Below the pieces are notes generated by a model. That model saw only the letters and a program-made list of their open reading frames with translations, was not told the origin of the DNA and did not search any database. The position numbers and the translations under genes were made by a program. Shown here piece after piece: positions 18,838 through 30,601 of a stretch of DNA of 64,000 nucleotides (within the stretch, counting starts at the first letter, position 1; the number at the start of each line of letters is the position of its first letter). Source of the stretch: an uncultured Gemmatimonadales bacterium (GTDB taxonomy: Bacteria > Gemmatimonadota > Gemmatimonadetes > Gemmatimonadales > GWC2-71-9); contig CAWGED010000019.1 of NCBI GenBank assembly GCA_963821525.1, positions 1,032,233-1,096,232 on the forward strand, written 5' to 3'.

Positions 18838-19157
18838 CCCAGAAATTCAACCTTTCCGAGCACCCGCCGGATCCCGAGATCGGGGGACTGCTTCGCACTC
18901 ATCTCGAGGGGCTGGCTCCGGAACAGTTCGCCCATCGAGTCATGGCGGGACTCCCGCAGCGCTTCACGCTGGACAGCTGGGAGGTTCTCGCTCGCTGGGC
19001 CCGACCGGGTATCGCGGCAGCGGCGATCATCACGGCTGCCCTTGGGGCGTGGCTCGCGTTTCCCCGGCAAAGCGACCCGGTCGGCGAGCCCCTGCTCGAG
19101 CTGAGCACGGCGGCCGACAGCGAACTCATTCTCTCAGCCTTGATCCCCGAACCATGA
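18834..19157 (+). CDS. small single-TM putative anti-sigma factor
   Basis: GTGA overlap with the sigma stop; one TM helix. Confidence 0.65.
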   Translation: MTQKFNLSEHPPDPEIGGLLRTHLEGLAPEQFAHRVMAGLPQRFTLDSWEVLARWARPGIAAAAIITAALGAWLAFPRQSDPVGEPLLELSTAADSELILSALIPEP

Positions 19158-19170
19158 GAAACATCGTCCG

Positions 19171-19566
19171 ATGATTCGCAGCACCTGGAAGGCGGGCATT
19201 CTTCTTCTCGCCGCATTCGTTCTCGGCGCTGCCGTTGGCGGAGCCGTGACTGCCCGGGTTTCCCACCGGAGCTCATGGGAGGGTAAGCCCCGGGACAGGA
19301 TGGAAGGCTACCTTCGGCTGCTGGGCGAGAATCTGGATCTGAGCAGCACCCAGCGCGATAGCGTTCGGGCCATCCTTGAACGCCATCGGGGAGACATGGA
19401 CGCGATCTGGCAGGAAGTTGCCCCGCGCTATGAAACCATGCGCTCACAAATCCGTTCAGAGATCCGCACTCAGCTTACTCCGGAACAACAGAAGAAGTAC
19501 GCGGACCTCACGTCCCGGTTGGACCAGGAGCGGCGCGAGATGAACACCCCCGCTCCCCACCAATGA
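19171..19566 (+). CDS. Spy/CpxP/heavy-metal-sensor-like periplasmic helical protein
   Basis: N-terminal TM or signal, LDLSSTQ and LTPEQQ motifs. Confidence 0.75.
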   Translation: MIRSTWKAGILLLAAFVLGAAVGGAVTARVSHRSSWEGKPRDRMEGYLRLLGENLDLSSTQRDSVRAILERHRGDMDAIWQEVAPRYETMRSQIRSEIRTQLTPEQQKKYADLTSRLDQERREMNTPAPHQ

Positions 19567-20891
19567 TGCAGATGACCCGTCTTCTCCGACTGGCCTTTGA
19601 ATCCGGCTTCCCCGCAGCGGCGCTGATGACCACGGTCTCGGTTGTGGCGGCGCAGCAGCCTATCGTGACGCTCCAGGAAGCCAGGAAAATGGCCCAGGCC
19701 GTCGAGCCTACCGTGGTCGGTGCGCTGGGCGCGGTACGCAACGCGGACGCCCAGGTTCGGAGCGCCAAGGGCGCCTGGCTGCCAAGTCTCAGTGCCTCTT
19801 CGTTTGGAGGCACGACCTATCAGGAAGGTCCACCTCGAGTCAATTCGAGTACCGGGGAGCTGGTGGGCGGTAACACGTCATCCCAGAATCTCAATTTCGG
19901 GCTCAATGCGAGCTGGGACCTTTTCACGGGCTTCCGTCGAGGCGCTGATTCACGGGCGGCGCATGCGGCCCGCGATGCGGCGGACGCCGGGCTGATCGAT
20001 GCGAACTACCAGGCGAGCCTCGCCGCGACGCAGCAGTTCTTCACCGCCCTGGCGGCCCAGCAGCTGGTGCGGGTGCGTGAGGCAAGCGTCCGGCGGGCGG
20101 AGGAACAGCTCAAGCTGGCAGTCGCGAAGCTCAGCGCGGGAAGCGCCACCCGTTCCGACTCGCTCAGATCGGTGGTGACACTGGGCAACACGCAGCTGGC
20201 GCTGGTGAGCGCGCAGGCCGACGTGGCCGCCGCCCAGGCCGAACTGGCGCGGCTGATCGGCGCCGAAGGCCGGGTGACGGCAGCCGACGACAGCGCCTTC
20301 TACCAGGTCGCAAGCCAGCTTGATACCCTCGCGCTCCTGAAGGAGGCTCTCGCGGAGTCGCCCAGGGTTCAGGCCGCCGAGGCAAGCGCGCGCGCTGCCG
20401 ACGCCAACCTCGCGTCCACCAAGTCGGCCTACTGGCCGACTCTCACTCTCGGGGCCTCGACCGGCTGGTCGGGGACCGAGAACCGCAATTGGGAGCTGTT
20501 CAACCAGCGGCAACTGGGCGTGGGCCTGAACTGGAATCTGTTCAACGGATTCAACCGGGAGGAATCGATCACCATCCGGTCGAGCACGTTGGATCAGGCG
20601 GAGGCCACAGCGAGCGATACCCGCCGCCAGGTGTCTTCCGTTCTGACGGCACAATTTGCCCTGTTGGATGCCGCCAGGCTCAAGATTGATATCGCCCAGA
20701 CCAGCGTCGCGGCGGCGCAGGAAGATCTTCGGGTCGTGGAGCAGCGCTACCGCGTGGGGGCCGCCACGATTCTCGACCTGCTCAACTCGCAGGAAGCGCT
20801 CACCCAGGCCGAGGTGGATGCGGTTGCCGCCCGGTTCGACTATCTCCGTGCCAAGGCACAGATTGAAGCACTCATCGGACGGGACCTATGA
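19563..20891 (+). CDS. TolC family outer membrane efflux protein
   Basis: Two OEP repeats ([26 protein letters not shown]). Confidence 0.93.
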   Translation: MMQMTRLLRLAFESGFPAAALMTTVSVVAAQQPIVTLQEARKMAQAVEPTVVGALGAVRNADAQVRSAKGAWLPSLSASSFGGTTYQEGPPRVNSSTGELVGGNTSSQNLNFGLNASWDLFTGFRRGADSRAAHAARDAADAGLIDANYQASLAATQQFFTALAAQQLVRVREASVRRAEEQLKLAVAKLSAGSATRSDSLRSVVTLGNTQLALVSAQADVAAAQAELARLIGAEGRVTAADDSAFYQVASQLDTLALLKEALAESPRVQAAEASARAADANLASTKSAYWPTLTLGASTGWSGTENRNWELFNQRQLGVGLNWNLFNGFNREESITIRSSTLDQAEATASDTRRQVSSVLTAQFALLDAARLKIDIAQTSVAAAQEDLRVVEQRYRVGAATILDLLNSQEALTQAEVDAVAARFDYLRAKAQIEALIGRDL

Positions 20892-21646
20892 CCTCTGCCC
20901 TGAACTCGACCGACGAACGGATGGCTGTTCTGCCCAGCGACGTCCCCCGGGACGCCATTATTGTCACCCGCAACCTGCAGCGGGAATACGACATGGGCGG
21001 TGAGATCGTGCGGGCACTGCGGGGGGTCGATATCACGATCCGCCGCAACGAATTCGTCGCGATCATGGGTCCGTCAGGCTCGGGCAAGTCCACCTTGATG
21101 AACATGATCGGTTGCCTGGACACTCCGACCCACGGCGAATACTGGCTGAACGGCCACCGGGTGTCGGAGCTGGAAGACAATGAACTGGCCCGGATCCGGA
21201 ACAAGGAGATCGGGTTCGTGTTCCAGACCTTCAACCTGCTCCCACGGGCAACCGCGCTGCATAACGTGGAGCTGCCGCTGGTCTACGCCGGCGTACCGGG
21301 TAAAGAGCGGAAGGCACGAGCCGTGGATGCGCTTACCCAGGTCGGATTGGCCGACCGGATGGAGCACCGTCCCAATGAGCTGTCGGGCGGTCAGCGGCAG
21401 CGGGTGGCGATCGCGCGAGCGTTGGTAAACCAGCCCAGCATCATCCTGGCCGACGAGCCGACCGGTAATCTGGATTCGACCACCAGCATCGAGATCCTGG
21501 CACTGTTCAACCAGCTGCACCAGCAGAACCAGACCATCGTCCTCGTGACCCACGAGCACGACATCGCGGCGCACGCGCGGCGGCAGGTGCATCTGAAGGA
21601 TGGGATGGTGGAGCAGGACTTCGCGACCAAGGCCAAAGCCGAATGA
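20888..21646 (+). CDS. MacB/LolD-type ABC transporter ATP-binding protein
   Basis: [30 protein letters not shown]. Confidence 0.95.
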   Translation: MTSALNSTDERMAVLPSDVPRDAIIVTRNLQREYDMGGEIVRALRGVDITIRRNEFVAIMGPSGSGKSTLMNMIGCLDTPTHGEYWLNGHRVSELEDNELARIRNKEIGFVFQTFNLLPRATALHNVELPLVYAGVPGKERKARAVDALTQVGLADRMEHRPNELSGGQRQRVAIARALVNQPSIILADEPTGNLDSTTSIEILALFNQLHQQNQTIVLVTHEHDIAAHARRQVHLKDGMVEQDFATKAKAE

Positions 21647-23172
21647 CCGCTGACACGTGGGATTCCATGCTGATGCGTAAGACCCTTCTGACTTTTCTGA
21701 CGCTGGCAGTGGCTTGCAAGGAACCGCCGCCGCCGCCGCCGCCTGCATACCTGGCCGTTCCGGTGGAGCGCCGTGACATCGTGGTTTCGGCCCGCGCCAA
21801 TGGGGCCATCCAGCCCGACACGACCGTCGAGGTCAAGTCCAAGGCCTCGGGTGAGATCCTGGAGATGCTGGTGGAGACCGGAGCACAGGCGAAGCGCGGC
21901 CAGCTCATGGTAACGATCGATCCTCGCCAGCCGCGGAACGACCTCGCTCAGGCGGACGCCAACCTCGAAGTGGCGAAAGCCAAACTGGCCAACGCCACTG
22001 CGCAGAAGCACCGGGCCGACGAGCTATTCAGCTCCCAGGCCCTGACCGAAACCGAGCACGATCAGGCGATGCTGGACTACGCCAATGCGAAGGCGGAGGT
22101 GGTGACCGCCCAGGTACAAGTCGAAAACGCGAAGATCCAGCTCGAGGACACCGACGTTCGGGCCCCTATTTCCGGCACCATCATCGAGAAGGACGTCGAG
22201 CGGGGTCAGGTGATCTCGTCGCCTACGAAGGACGTGGGCGGGGGGACGGTGCTGCTCAAGATGGCCGATCTCAATCTGGTCCAGGTGAAGACTTTGGTGG
22301 ACGAGACCGACATCGGAAAAATCCAGTCGGGTCTCCGGGCTTCAATTACGGTTGACGCCTACCCCAATCATCAGTTCGATGGGACGGTGCTCAAGATCGA
22401 GCCGCAGGCGACGATCGTACAGAACGTCACCATGTTCCCGGTGCTGGTGCGAATCGACAATCGAGAGGGTCTGCTACGGCCCGGAATGAATACCGAGGTG
22501 GAGATCCATGTCGGCCGTCGAGACAGCGTGCTCGCGATTCCCAACGCGGCGCTCCGCACTCAGCGTGACGTCGGCTCTGCCGCCCAGGTACTCGGCCTCT
22601 CGATGTCCGACGTGCAGGCCCAGCTTGCCAAAGGGAGTGCGAGCGGCGGAGAACAACCGCAGACCACCGCGAGCCAGGGTGGCGGCGGGACCAATCCCAA
22701 GGGCGCCAATACCCTGACCCTGCCGGATGGACGTAGCGTCGTGCTGCCCGCCGGTGTCACCGAGGAGCAGGTCAAGGCCATTTTCCAGAAGCGGATGAGC
22801 GGGCAGGAACCGACTGCGGAGGAACGGGCATTGCTTCGGCGGGTGTTTGCCGGGATGGGCGGCGGTCAGAGCGGGGGAAGCCGGAACCAGCCAGACACCC
22901 GGTTCGGGGGACGCTACATCGTGTTCGCTCGTCGGGGCGGAACCATCGTGCCGCTCAATATCAAAACTGGTCTCACGGACCTGGACTACACCGAGGTGGT
23001 CTCCGGCTTGAATCCTGAAGACTCGGTTCTCGTGCTGCCCAGCGCGAGCCTGGTTCAGTCCCAGCAGGAGTTCAAGGAACGGGTGACCCGGGTGACGGGC
23101 AGCGGATTGCCGGGACTGCAGTCGCCGCAACAGGGGACTTCCAAGGCCCCGACGACCACAACAAGGCCCTGA
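21643..23172 (+). CDS. MacA-like efflux periplasmic adaptor subunit
   Basis: Lipobox [31 protein letters not shown]. Confidence 0.92.
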   Translation: MTADTWDSMLMRKTLLTFLTLAVACKEPPPPPPPAYLAVPVERRDIVVSARANGAIQPDTTVEVKSKASGEILEMLVETGAQAKRGQLMVTIDPRQPRNDLAQADANLEVAKAKLANATAQKHRADELFSSQALTETEHDQAMLDYANAKAEVVTAQVQVENAKIQLEDTDVRAPISGTIIEKDVERGQVISSPTKDVGGGTVLLKMADLNLVQVKTLVDETDIGKIQSGLRASITVDAYPNHQFDGTVLKIEPQATIVQNVTMFPVLVRIDNREGLLRPGMNTEVEIHVGRRDSVLAIPNAALRTQRDVGSAAQVLGLSMSDVQAQLAKGSASGGEQPQTTASQGGGGTNPKGANTLTLPDGRSVVLPAGVTEEQVKAIFQKRMSGQEPTAEERALLRRVFAGMGGGQSGGSRNQPDTRFGGRYIVFARRGGTIVPLNIKTGLTDLDYTEVVSGLNPEDSVLVLPSASLVQSQQEFKERVTRVTGSGLPGLQSPQQGTSKAPTTTTRP

Positions 23173-23175
23173 CGC

Positions 23176-24390
23176 ATGCTGATCGGAGAGACTGTCGCGG
23201 TCGCTCTGCAATCCATCAAGGCCAATGCCCTGCGCTCTATTCTTACGGCGCTCGGCATCATCATCGGCGTGGCGGCGGTCATCACGATGGTGGCACTTGG
23301 CACCGGAGCCCAGAAGGCGGTGGAGGATCAGATCGCTTCGCTGGGAGCCAATGTCCTGAGCGTGTATCCCGGCATGTCGTTCAGCGGCGGCGTCGCCTCG
23401 ACCAACCGGGTCAGTCTCACCATTGACGACGCCGATGCTCTGGAGCGGGACGGCCAGTTTATCAAGGCCGTGGTGCCCGAAATCGTTTCGCAGCAGCAGA
23501 TCAAGTACATCAACAAGAACATCAATACCAACGTCACCGGCACGACGGCGAATTTCCCCGAGGTCCGGAACTACACGATCGCCCAGGGGAGGATGTTCAC
23601 CAGTGGAGATGACGCCGCTCGTGAGCGGTATGCCGTACTCGGCGCCGACATACCGGAACTGCTGGAGGCCAATCCGGTCGGGCTGCTCCACCAGACGATC
23701 CTGATTCGAGGCATCGCGTTCGAGATCATCGGGATCATGGCTTCCAAGGGCGCCACGGGGTCATGGCAGAACCCCGACGAGCAGATCTGGATCCCGCTGG
23801 AGACCGCGCGCTACCGGGTCTTCGGCACCGACCGCCTGCGCTCGGTCGGGGTTCAGATTGCAGATGGAGTCCCGGTTGAGCAGGGGATGGTGGATATCGA
23901 GCGGGTCCTCCGGCGCGAGCATAAGATCCGTCCGGGCGGAGAGAACGATTTCCAGATCCGCGATGCGAAGCAGTTCCTCGCTACCCAGCAGTCCGCTTCC
24001 CAGATCTTCACGACCCTGCTCGCCAGCATCGCGGCAGTGAGCCTGGTCGTCGGCGGGATCGGCATCATGAACATCATGCTGGTGTCGGTCACCGAGCGGA
24101 CTCGTGAAATCGGTGTGCGCAAGGCGCTGGGGGCGACGCAGTGGAATATCCTGTTCCAGTTCCTGGTCGAGGCGATGGCCCTGTGCCTGGCCGGGGGAGT
24201 TCTCGGCATTCTGCTCGGCGTCTGGGTGACCGACCTGCTTGCCAAGAGCAACGGCTGGAACACCCTGATCTCACCTCAAAGCATCATCATGGCGTTCGGG
24301 TTCAGCGCGGCGATTGGACTGATCTTCGGCATCCTGCCCGCCCGGCGCGCCGCGAAGCTCGACCCGATTGTTGCATTGCGATACGAGTAG
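23176..24390 (+). CDS. MacB/FtsX-type ABC transporter permease
   Basis: RSILTALGIIIGV, GGIGIMNIMLVSVTERTREIG, PARRAAKLDP. Confidence 0.95.
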   Translation: MLIGETVAVALQSIKANALRSILTALGIIIGVAAVITMVALGTGAQKAVEDQIASLGANVLSVYPGMSFSGGVASTNRVSLTIDDADALERDGQFIKAVVPEIVSQQQIKYINKNINTNVTGTTANFPEVRNYTIAQGRMFTSGDDAARERYAVLGADIPELLEANPVGLLHQTILIRGIAFEIIGIMASKGATGSWQNPDEQIWIPLETARYRVFGTDRLRSVGVQIADGVPVEQGMVDIERVLRREHKIRPGGENDFQIRDAKQFLATQQSASQIFTTLLASIAAVSLVVGGIGIMNIMLVSVTERTREIGVRKALGATQWNILFQFLVEAMALCLAGGVLGILLGVWVTDLLAKSNGWNTLISPQSIIMAFGFSAAIGLIFGILPARRAAKLDPIVALRYE

Positions 24391-24427
24391 AAACGAAAGC
24401 TGGAGGCCTACGTACATTTCTAGCTAA

Positions 24428-26691
24428 ATGCTTCTAGCCCTCATCGTTGCCCTTCAGGGCCCGCCGCCGGATTCGGCGGGCCCCGGCTTTTTTGCCACGG
24501 CGCCCCGCCTCGAGGCTACCGTCACCATCGACGGGGAGCTGAACGAGCCGGTTTGGTCCCAAGCCGCCAGGCTCACCGATTTCCATCAATACCAGCCAGT
24601 CGACAGCCGGCCCGCCGAGGAAAAAACGGTCGTGCTGGTGTGGTACGCCCCCAACGCGATTCACTTCGGCATCATCGCCTACGAGAGCCAACCCGGCGCC
24701 ATCAGAGCCACGGTGGCCGATCGGGACAACCTCGACGCGGACGATCGAGTCACCATCTACCTCGACACATTCGATGACCGCCGGCGGGCCTTCTTCTTCA
24801 CGGTAAACCCGCTGGGCTCGCAAGAAGATGGAGTCAGGACGGAGGGCGGCTTTGCGGCGGGAAGCCTGGTGGGTGGTACTACCGACAAGAACCCGGATTA
24901 CATCTGGGAATCGAAGGGCCGTCTGACCGATTCCGGCTATGTGGTGGAGGTCAGGATTCCCTTCAAGAGCCTGCGCTACCCGGGAACGGAGCACAACGCT
25001 GGGGGATCAACGTGGTCCGGAAGATCCAGCGCACCGGCTACGAAGACACCTGGACCGATACCCGGCGGGCCAACGCGAGTTTCCTGGTGCAGTCCGGCCT
25101 TCTCGACGGCCTGCACGACCTGCAGAGCGGGATCACCACGGAGTTCCAGCCGGTGGTGACCGCGGCGGCAAACGGCGCACCCACACCCACGGGATACGAC
25201 CGGGAGAATCTCGATCCGAGCTTCGGGGCCAATCTTCGCCTGGGACTCACCAGCAACCTGTCGGTAGACGCCACTTACAATCCCGATTTCAGCCAGATCG
25301 AATCGGACGTGAGTCTGGTGACGGTAAACGAGCGCTTCGCGCTGTTCTTCCCGGAGAAGCGCCCCTTCTTCCTCGAAGGGATCGAGCTGTTCTCCACCAA
25401 CAACCAGCTGGTCTACACCAGGCAAATCGTCGACCCGATCGCGGGCGGCAAAGTCACCTCGAAGATCGGGGCGAACAACATCGCTCTGCTCACGGCGGTG
25501 GACGAGGCAAACTCACCCGACTCCTGGTTCAACATCGCGCGAGTCCGGCGGGACGTCGGCGCCAACTCGACGGTCGGCGTCACAGGAACCTCGAAGGATG
25601 CCAGCGGGACCTACAACCGGGTGGTCGCCGGAGATGCGCGGATCGTTTTCGGGAAGCTGTACTTCGTGGCCGGCCAGGCGGGCGGCTCCTGGACTCGGGA
25701 CAGTGCCACTGGAGACTCCCGTTCCAGCCCGATCCTGGAGGCCGAGTTCGACCGTACCGGGAGGTCCTGGGGATTCAACTACAAGGTCACGGGTATCGGG
25801 CCTGACTTCGAGTCTCAGGCGGGCTTCGTCCCCCGCAACGACATCGTTCAAGCCCACGCATTCAACCGGTTCTCGATCTACGGCTCAAAGGGCGCATTCC
25901 TCGAGACGGCAAACTTCTTCGGGGGGCCCTTCTACACCTGGGTCTACGGCGACTTTCTGCAGCGTGGAGCCCTCGAGGGCCTCTGGCAGGCCGATGCCGA
26001 CTTCACGCTTCGTGGTGGCTGGAGCTGGGACAACCATGGCGAGGTGGGGTTCACCAATTTCGAGCCTGGGGCGTATAACGGCTACGAGGTGGACCAAGGT
26101 GGGGTCCTCGTCCCCTACGATGCCCCAACTGGCGTGGACAACTGGGTCTTGCAGACCGGCGTGAGTACGCCGACCTGGCAAAAGCTGGATGCCACGCTCA
26201 CGATCAGGCGAAGCCAGGTGCCAATTTTTGCGGAAGGAGCGGAGGGGAATGAGACCCGGGTCACCGGCAGTCTCGACCTCCGGCCGACCGGCTCGATCAG
26301 AATTTCCGGCTCCAACACCTACTCCAGGATCACTCGCCGCCGGAATGATTCCGAATTCGCCCGGACCATCATTCCCCGGCTCAAGGTCGAGTACCAGCCT
26401 ATGCGCGCCCTGTTCTTCCGCGCCGTCGGCGAGTACGTCGCCCAGCGCCGCGCCCCGTTGGAGGACGCCGATAACGGGGATCCTCTGGTGATCAACGGCC
26501 AGACGCAGCCTTTCCAGGAAGCGAACGGGTTGCGCATGGACTTCCTGGCGTCCTTGGAGCCCTCGCCGGGGACCGTCGCCTTCCTGGGCTATGGCAGCTC
26601 GCTCGACGACACCTCCGCATTCAACTTTTCGGAGATGAGCCGAGCGAGCGACGGGTTCTTCGTGAAGCTGGCGTATCAGTTCCGGTGGTAG
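24428..26691 (+). CDS. CBM9-like + DUF5916 outer membrane protein (one apparent frameshift near 24990)
   Basis: IDGELNEPVW...EVRIPFKSLRY continues in another frame as WGINVVRKI...NPDFSQIE...FPEKRPFFLEG; ends KLAYQFRW. Confidence 0.82.
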
Positions 26692-26697
26692 CCAGGG

Positions 26698-26924
26698 TTA
26701 TCCCGGCTCCAGCTCCACGCTGGCTCGTCCATCCTCTCCGTAGCGCACCGTCACCAGCCAGGGCCTGCAACACACCTCGCAGTCTTCGACGTACTGCTTG
26801 TTCAGGACCCCCGCCCGGATCCAATCCGATCACGACCTGTTCGCCGCAGTGGGGGCATGTGACCACCGCGTCCTGATCGGCAGACTCCTCCTCCAGAAAC
26901 TCATCCTCGTTCGTCGAGGCTCAT
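26698..26924 (-). CDS. CPXCG-motif cysteine-rich small protein (apparent frameshifts)
   Basis: TCPHCGE...LDPGGG, then YVEDCEVCCRPW in the adjacent frame; TGATG coupling to the upstream gene. Confidence 0.78.
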
Positions 26925-28850
26925 CAGACAGGACCTCCGAGCAATTCTTCCACCGCGCGCCAGGCCTGATCAATGGCCGAATTGGTGTAGGCGAACGCGC
27001 CGGCATCGGCGTTGGCGATCGTGATGCGGCCGAACTGGCCGGCGTCCCACGACGCACGGCTCCTCTCCCTCGGCCCATGGCCCGTCCCACAGCGAGTTGT
27101 ACTCGTAAGTGTAGCCGTGCGGCCAGCGATTGACCGTGATGGCAGTGATGTCTCTGGCCGGATCGAAGCCCGCGGGACCAAACATCCGGCCCAACTGGTC
27201 TCTTACAGCGCGCTCGAAGGTCTCGAACGGGGTTTGAAGTAGTTCTTCGCGTCCTGCTCGATGCTGAACTCGCGAGGGCGAACCGGGTTTGCAGGGAGTG
27301 CGCACCATTTTCACCACCGCCGGGGCATCCGGAGTTCGCGGCGCCTGATAGGCTCCCAGATCAACCGGGAAATCCAGAAAAGTGTTTACCCAGTAGCTGC
27401 CCGGGGCGTAGACATGGGAGACACCGGCTTTCTGAAGTGCTCGCCAGTTGTTGAGCGCGACGTTGGTATACACCAGCGGCACCTTGGCCCCGTATGCGAG
27501 CGCCTGCTTCTGTGTGTCGGACAACTCGGGGCAGAGATAGGGTATCACCATGTTCCAGCAGGCGAGCACACAGGCTCCGGCTCGCACCGACCTGGCCTTT
27601 CCGCCCCGAACATACGTCACCTCGACCTCACGGGCCGAAGCGGGATCGCCCCGATGCTTTACCCGGATCACTGTGCTGTTGAGCCTTATGCGGGTCGAGT
27701 TCGAGGGCTGATCGAGCTTGCCGTACGCGAGGCGGGCGGTCACCACGTCGTCCATCGAATCGCCGGGCAACGCCTGGGGAACCAGGCGGCGGGCGAGGAG
27801 GCGCGCTACTGACGCGTTGCCATCGGGGAAGTGAAAGATGTACGGCTCTTCCTCGTTCATTTCGAGAAGCGGTGTCCGCCCGATGCCCGGACTCGGCTCA
27901 TCGCCATCCAGTTTCAGGCCCTCGAAGCCCGGCATCTCCAACCCCCAGCAATCGAGCGCAGGGATCGCGTCGATTCCTACACCATAGAGATCGTGGGTCA
28001 TGGCCTGGAAGAGAGGAATCACGCCTGGGGCCACCTTCACGACATTGAGCAGGAAGTCCCGATAGCTCATTCGGGCAAGGCGAGCCTTTTTCTCGGATGA
28101 AGTAAGTCCGGGAAAGTGGTTGGCCCGGTTCCCGATTACCCGAAGGATGTCGCGCTTGACCGCCTCGGTGAGGGGTGCCAGGTCGAGAGTCTTCCGGGAA
28201 ATATCAGACACGCTGCCCTGCACCACGCGATCAACTCCGAACGTCTCCCGGTCGAAGAAGATGCCTCTGGTCATCCCGAGCTTCTGATATCGTCCTCGAT
28301 CGAAAGCGGTATAGAAGCGCTGCAGGTCTATGCCGAGGTCCGACAGGAGCCCGCGGGCCACGGTGCTGTACTGTGCGGGACTCTCGATGGACTCGGTTCC
28401 CCCATAGGAGATGAGAAGGCGGTCACCCACGGTGAACTCGTTCCGCTTCGCGTGGCCGCCGAGGTCATCATGGTTGTCGAGCAATAGGATCCGCGCTTCT
28501 GGTCTGGCCTTGCGATAGAAGTAGGCCGCGGCGAGACCGCTGATCCCGGCGCCGACGACGACCAGGTCGTAACGTTCGCCGGTGTCCCGGGTCCGGCCGA
28601 TGGTGGGTTCGAGGGTTCCGTCCCGCAGTTGATGCGCGACTTCGTATGAACCAGGGTGACTTCCGCGGAGTCCGGTCAGTGCCGGTGGGTAGTAGTCAGG
28701 CGCCTGCTCGGGAGCGTAAGTGTCTTCTCCTCCTCGAGTACAACCGAATGGCAGGAGCGCCATCCCCGTGGCGATCGCCAGCCCATCGAGAAAGTCCCGG
28801 CGGCTGATGTTCCGGTCCATTCCGAGTCGGCGATCGCTCGCGTCGGTCAT
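26924..28850 (-). CDS. Tat-exported FAD-dependent oxidoreductase, spermidine dehydrogenase SpdH-like (apparent frameshift near 27035)
   Basis: SRRDFL, YYPPALTGLRGSHPGS, GAGISG, GGHAKRNEF, HFPDGN, VNRWPHGY; C-terminus FGRITIANADA...AIDQAWRAV is in the adjacent frame. Confidence 0.82.
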
Positions 28851-28931
28851 GACAGTTCTCTCTTGCGGGAGGGTTGCGGTTCCGCGAAGATACGGCTTCC
28901 TGCAGACAACTGGCCAGCACTACGAGGAGCC

Positions 28932-29927
28932 ATGCCTCGCTCACGCATCACAGGCACCGGGTTCGCCGTTCCCGACCGCGTGGTCCGCAACGACGACCTC
29001 GCTCAGCTGATGGACACTTCGGACGAATGGATTCGAGTCCGGACCGGAATCCAGGAGCGGCGCTGGGCCGCGGAGGGGGAGACCGGCTTCGCCCTGGCCC
29101 ATGAGGCCACGCTGAAGGCGCTGGACATGGCGGGCCGGACAGCAAAGGACATTGAAGCGATCGTCTACGCTACCTCCACTCCCGACCACTTCATCCCGGG
29201 AGGCGGAGTCTTCCTGCAGCGCATGCTGGGAATTCCAACGATCCCGGCACTCGATATCCGGGTCCAGTGCAGCGGTTTCGTGTACGGACTCTCGGTGGGC
29301 GACGCCTGGATTCGCGCGGGAGAATACCAGCGGGTTCTCGTGGTAGGCGCGGAGATTCAGTCCACCGGCATGGACGTCAGCACCCGCGGACGCAATACCG
29401 CGGTGATTTTTGCGGATGGCGCCGGGGCGGCGATCCTGGAGCCTGCCGAGCGGCCCGAGCAAGGTTTCCTGGCGTTCGATCTCCGGGCGGATGGCAACTT
29501 TGCCGAGGTGCTCTGGGTAGACGGCCCCGGTTCGAGGTATCACCCGCGGGTGTCGGTCGAGCACCTGCAAGCAGGGAGGTACTTTCTCCAGATGGACGGC
29601 AAGGAGGTTTTTCGCCATGCCGTCACCCGGATGCCGGAGTCAGTCCGCACGGTGCTCCAAAAGGCCGGACTCGGCACGAACGACGTCTCCCTGCTGATCC
29701 CGCACCAGGCGAATCTCCGGATCTCCGAGGCCGTACAGAAGGCACTGGGACTCCGGGAGGACCAGGTGTACAACAACATCATGCGCTATGGCAATACAAC
29801 GGCTGCCACGATCCCCATCGGCCTGGACGAGTGCGTCAGGGCCGGCCGGCTGGCCCCGGGAGACGTCCTGGTCATGACCGCCTTTGGCTCGGGGTTCACC
29901 TGGGGGAGCGCGGTCGCGCGCTGGTGA
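28932..29927 (+). CDS. fabH: beta-ketoacyl-ACP synthase III
   Basis: GAGGAG RBS; DTSDEWI..RTGI, QCSGF, PHQANLRI, YGNT, FGSGFTWG. Confidence 0.93.
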   Translation: MPRSRITGTGFAVPDRVVRNDDLAQLMDTSDEWIRVRTGIQERRWAAEGETGFALAHEATLKALDMAGRTAKDIEAIVYATSTPDHFIPGGGVFLQRMLGIPTIPALDIRVQCSGFVYGLSVGDAWIRAGEYQRVLVVGAEIQSTGMDVSTRGRNTAVIFADGAGAAILEPAERPEQGFLAFDLRADGNFAEVLWVDGPGSRYHPRVSVEHLQAGRYFLQMDGKEVFRHAVTRMPESVRTVLQKAGLGTNDVSLLIPHQANLRISEAVQKALGLREDQVYNNIMRYGNTTAATIPIGLDECVRAGRLAPGDVLVMTAFGSGFTWGSAVARW

Positions 29928-29982
29928 ATCTTCTCAAGCGCCCGTTCCGTAGTGGAACGAGCCCCAGATAACGAGTCGAACC

Positions 29983-30276
29983 ATGTATCGAATGATTGCC
30001 GGACTGCTGATTGTCGCCGCTGGAATCGCCGGGTACTTCGTCGCGCGGAGCTTCGTGCGGCGCCGGCTCCGGTTCGTGGATGCCATCTATTCCCCGCTCG
30101 CCCCTTGGATCGCCGGAACGTTGGCGGCGCTCTCGATGTGGCCGGTCGCGTTGCTACCGCTGGTAAGCGGCACCACTGCTGTTGTCTTCGGCCTCGGAGC
30201 GGGATTTGGGACCCGCTCGGCGGTTAAAACGCTGAAGCAGGGAGAGGGAGGAGTGATCGTCAGCCGTCGGTATTAG
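29983..30276 (+). CDS. small membrane protein
   Basis: 97 aa with three hydrophobic segments; fits the gene packing. Confidence 0.7.
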   Translation: MYRMIAGLLIVAAGIAGYFVARSFVRRRLRFVDAIYSPLAPWIAGTLAALSMWPVALLPLVSGTTAVVFGLGAGFGTRSAVKTLKQGEGGVIVSRRY

Positions 30277-30297
30277 GGACCTGGTTATCTTTCCTGC

Positions 30298-30549
30298 ATG
30301 CCGAACGTACTCTGCACTCGCTGTGGCCAGGAACGCGACCAGCTTGCCTTCCGACCCTTCCAGAATGACATCGGGCTCCGGGTTTACGAGCAGATCTGCA
30401 ATGTCTGCTGGCAGGAGTGGCTCAAGACCCAGCAGCAACTGATCAACCACTACGGACTGAACGTTCGCGAACCCAAGGCGAAAGAGTTCCTGTTCTCGAA
30501 CATGGAGAAGTTTCTGTTTGGCGAGGACAGCGTGAAAAGTGAGAACTAA
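30298..30549 (+). CDS. yggX: Fe(II)-trafficking/oxidative damage protection protein
   Basis: VLC...PF...GLRVYEQIC..CWQEWLKTQQQLIN...L...MEKFLF. Confidence 0.88.
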   Translation: MPNVLCTRCGQERDQLAFRPFQNDIGLRVYEQICNVCWQEWLKTQQQLINHYGLNVREPKAKEFLFSNMEKFLFGEDSVKSEN

Positions 30550-30582
30550 AAGCGTGAAGACGTGAGAAGTAAGAAGTGAGAA
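30532..30582 (+). repeat. degenerate heptamer tandem repeat (GTGAGAA)
   Basis: GTGAAAA GTGAGAA CTAAAAGC GTGAAGAC GTGAGAA GTAAGAA GTGAGAA. Confidence 0.75.
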
Positions 30583-30601
30583 GGCTGCGTCATGCTTTCC
30601 C

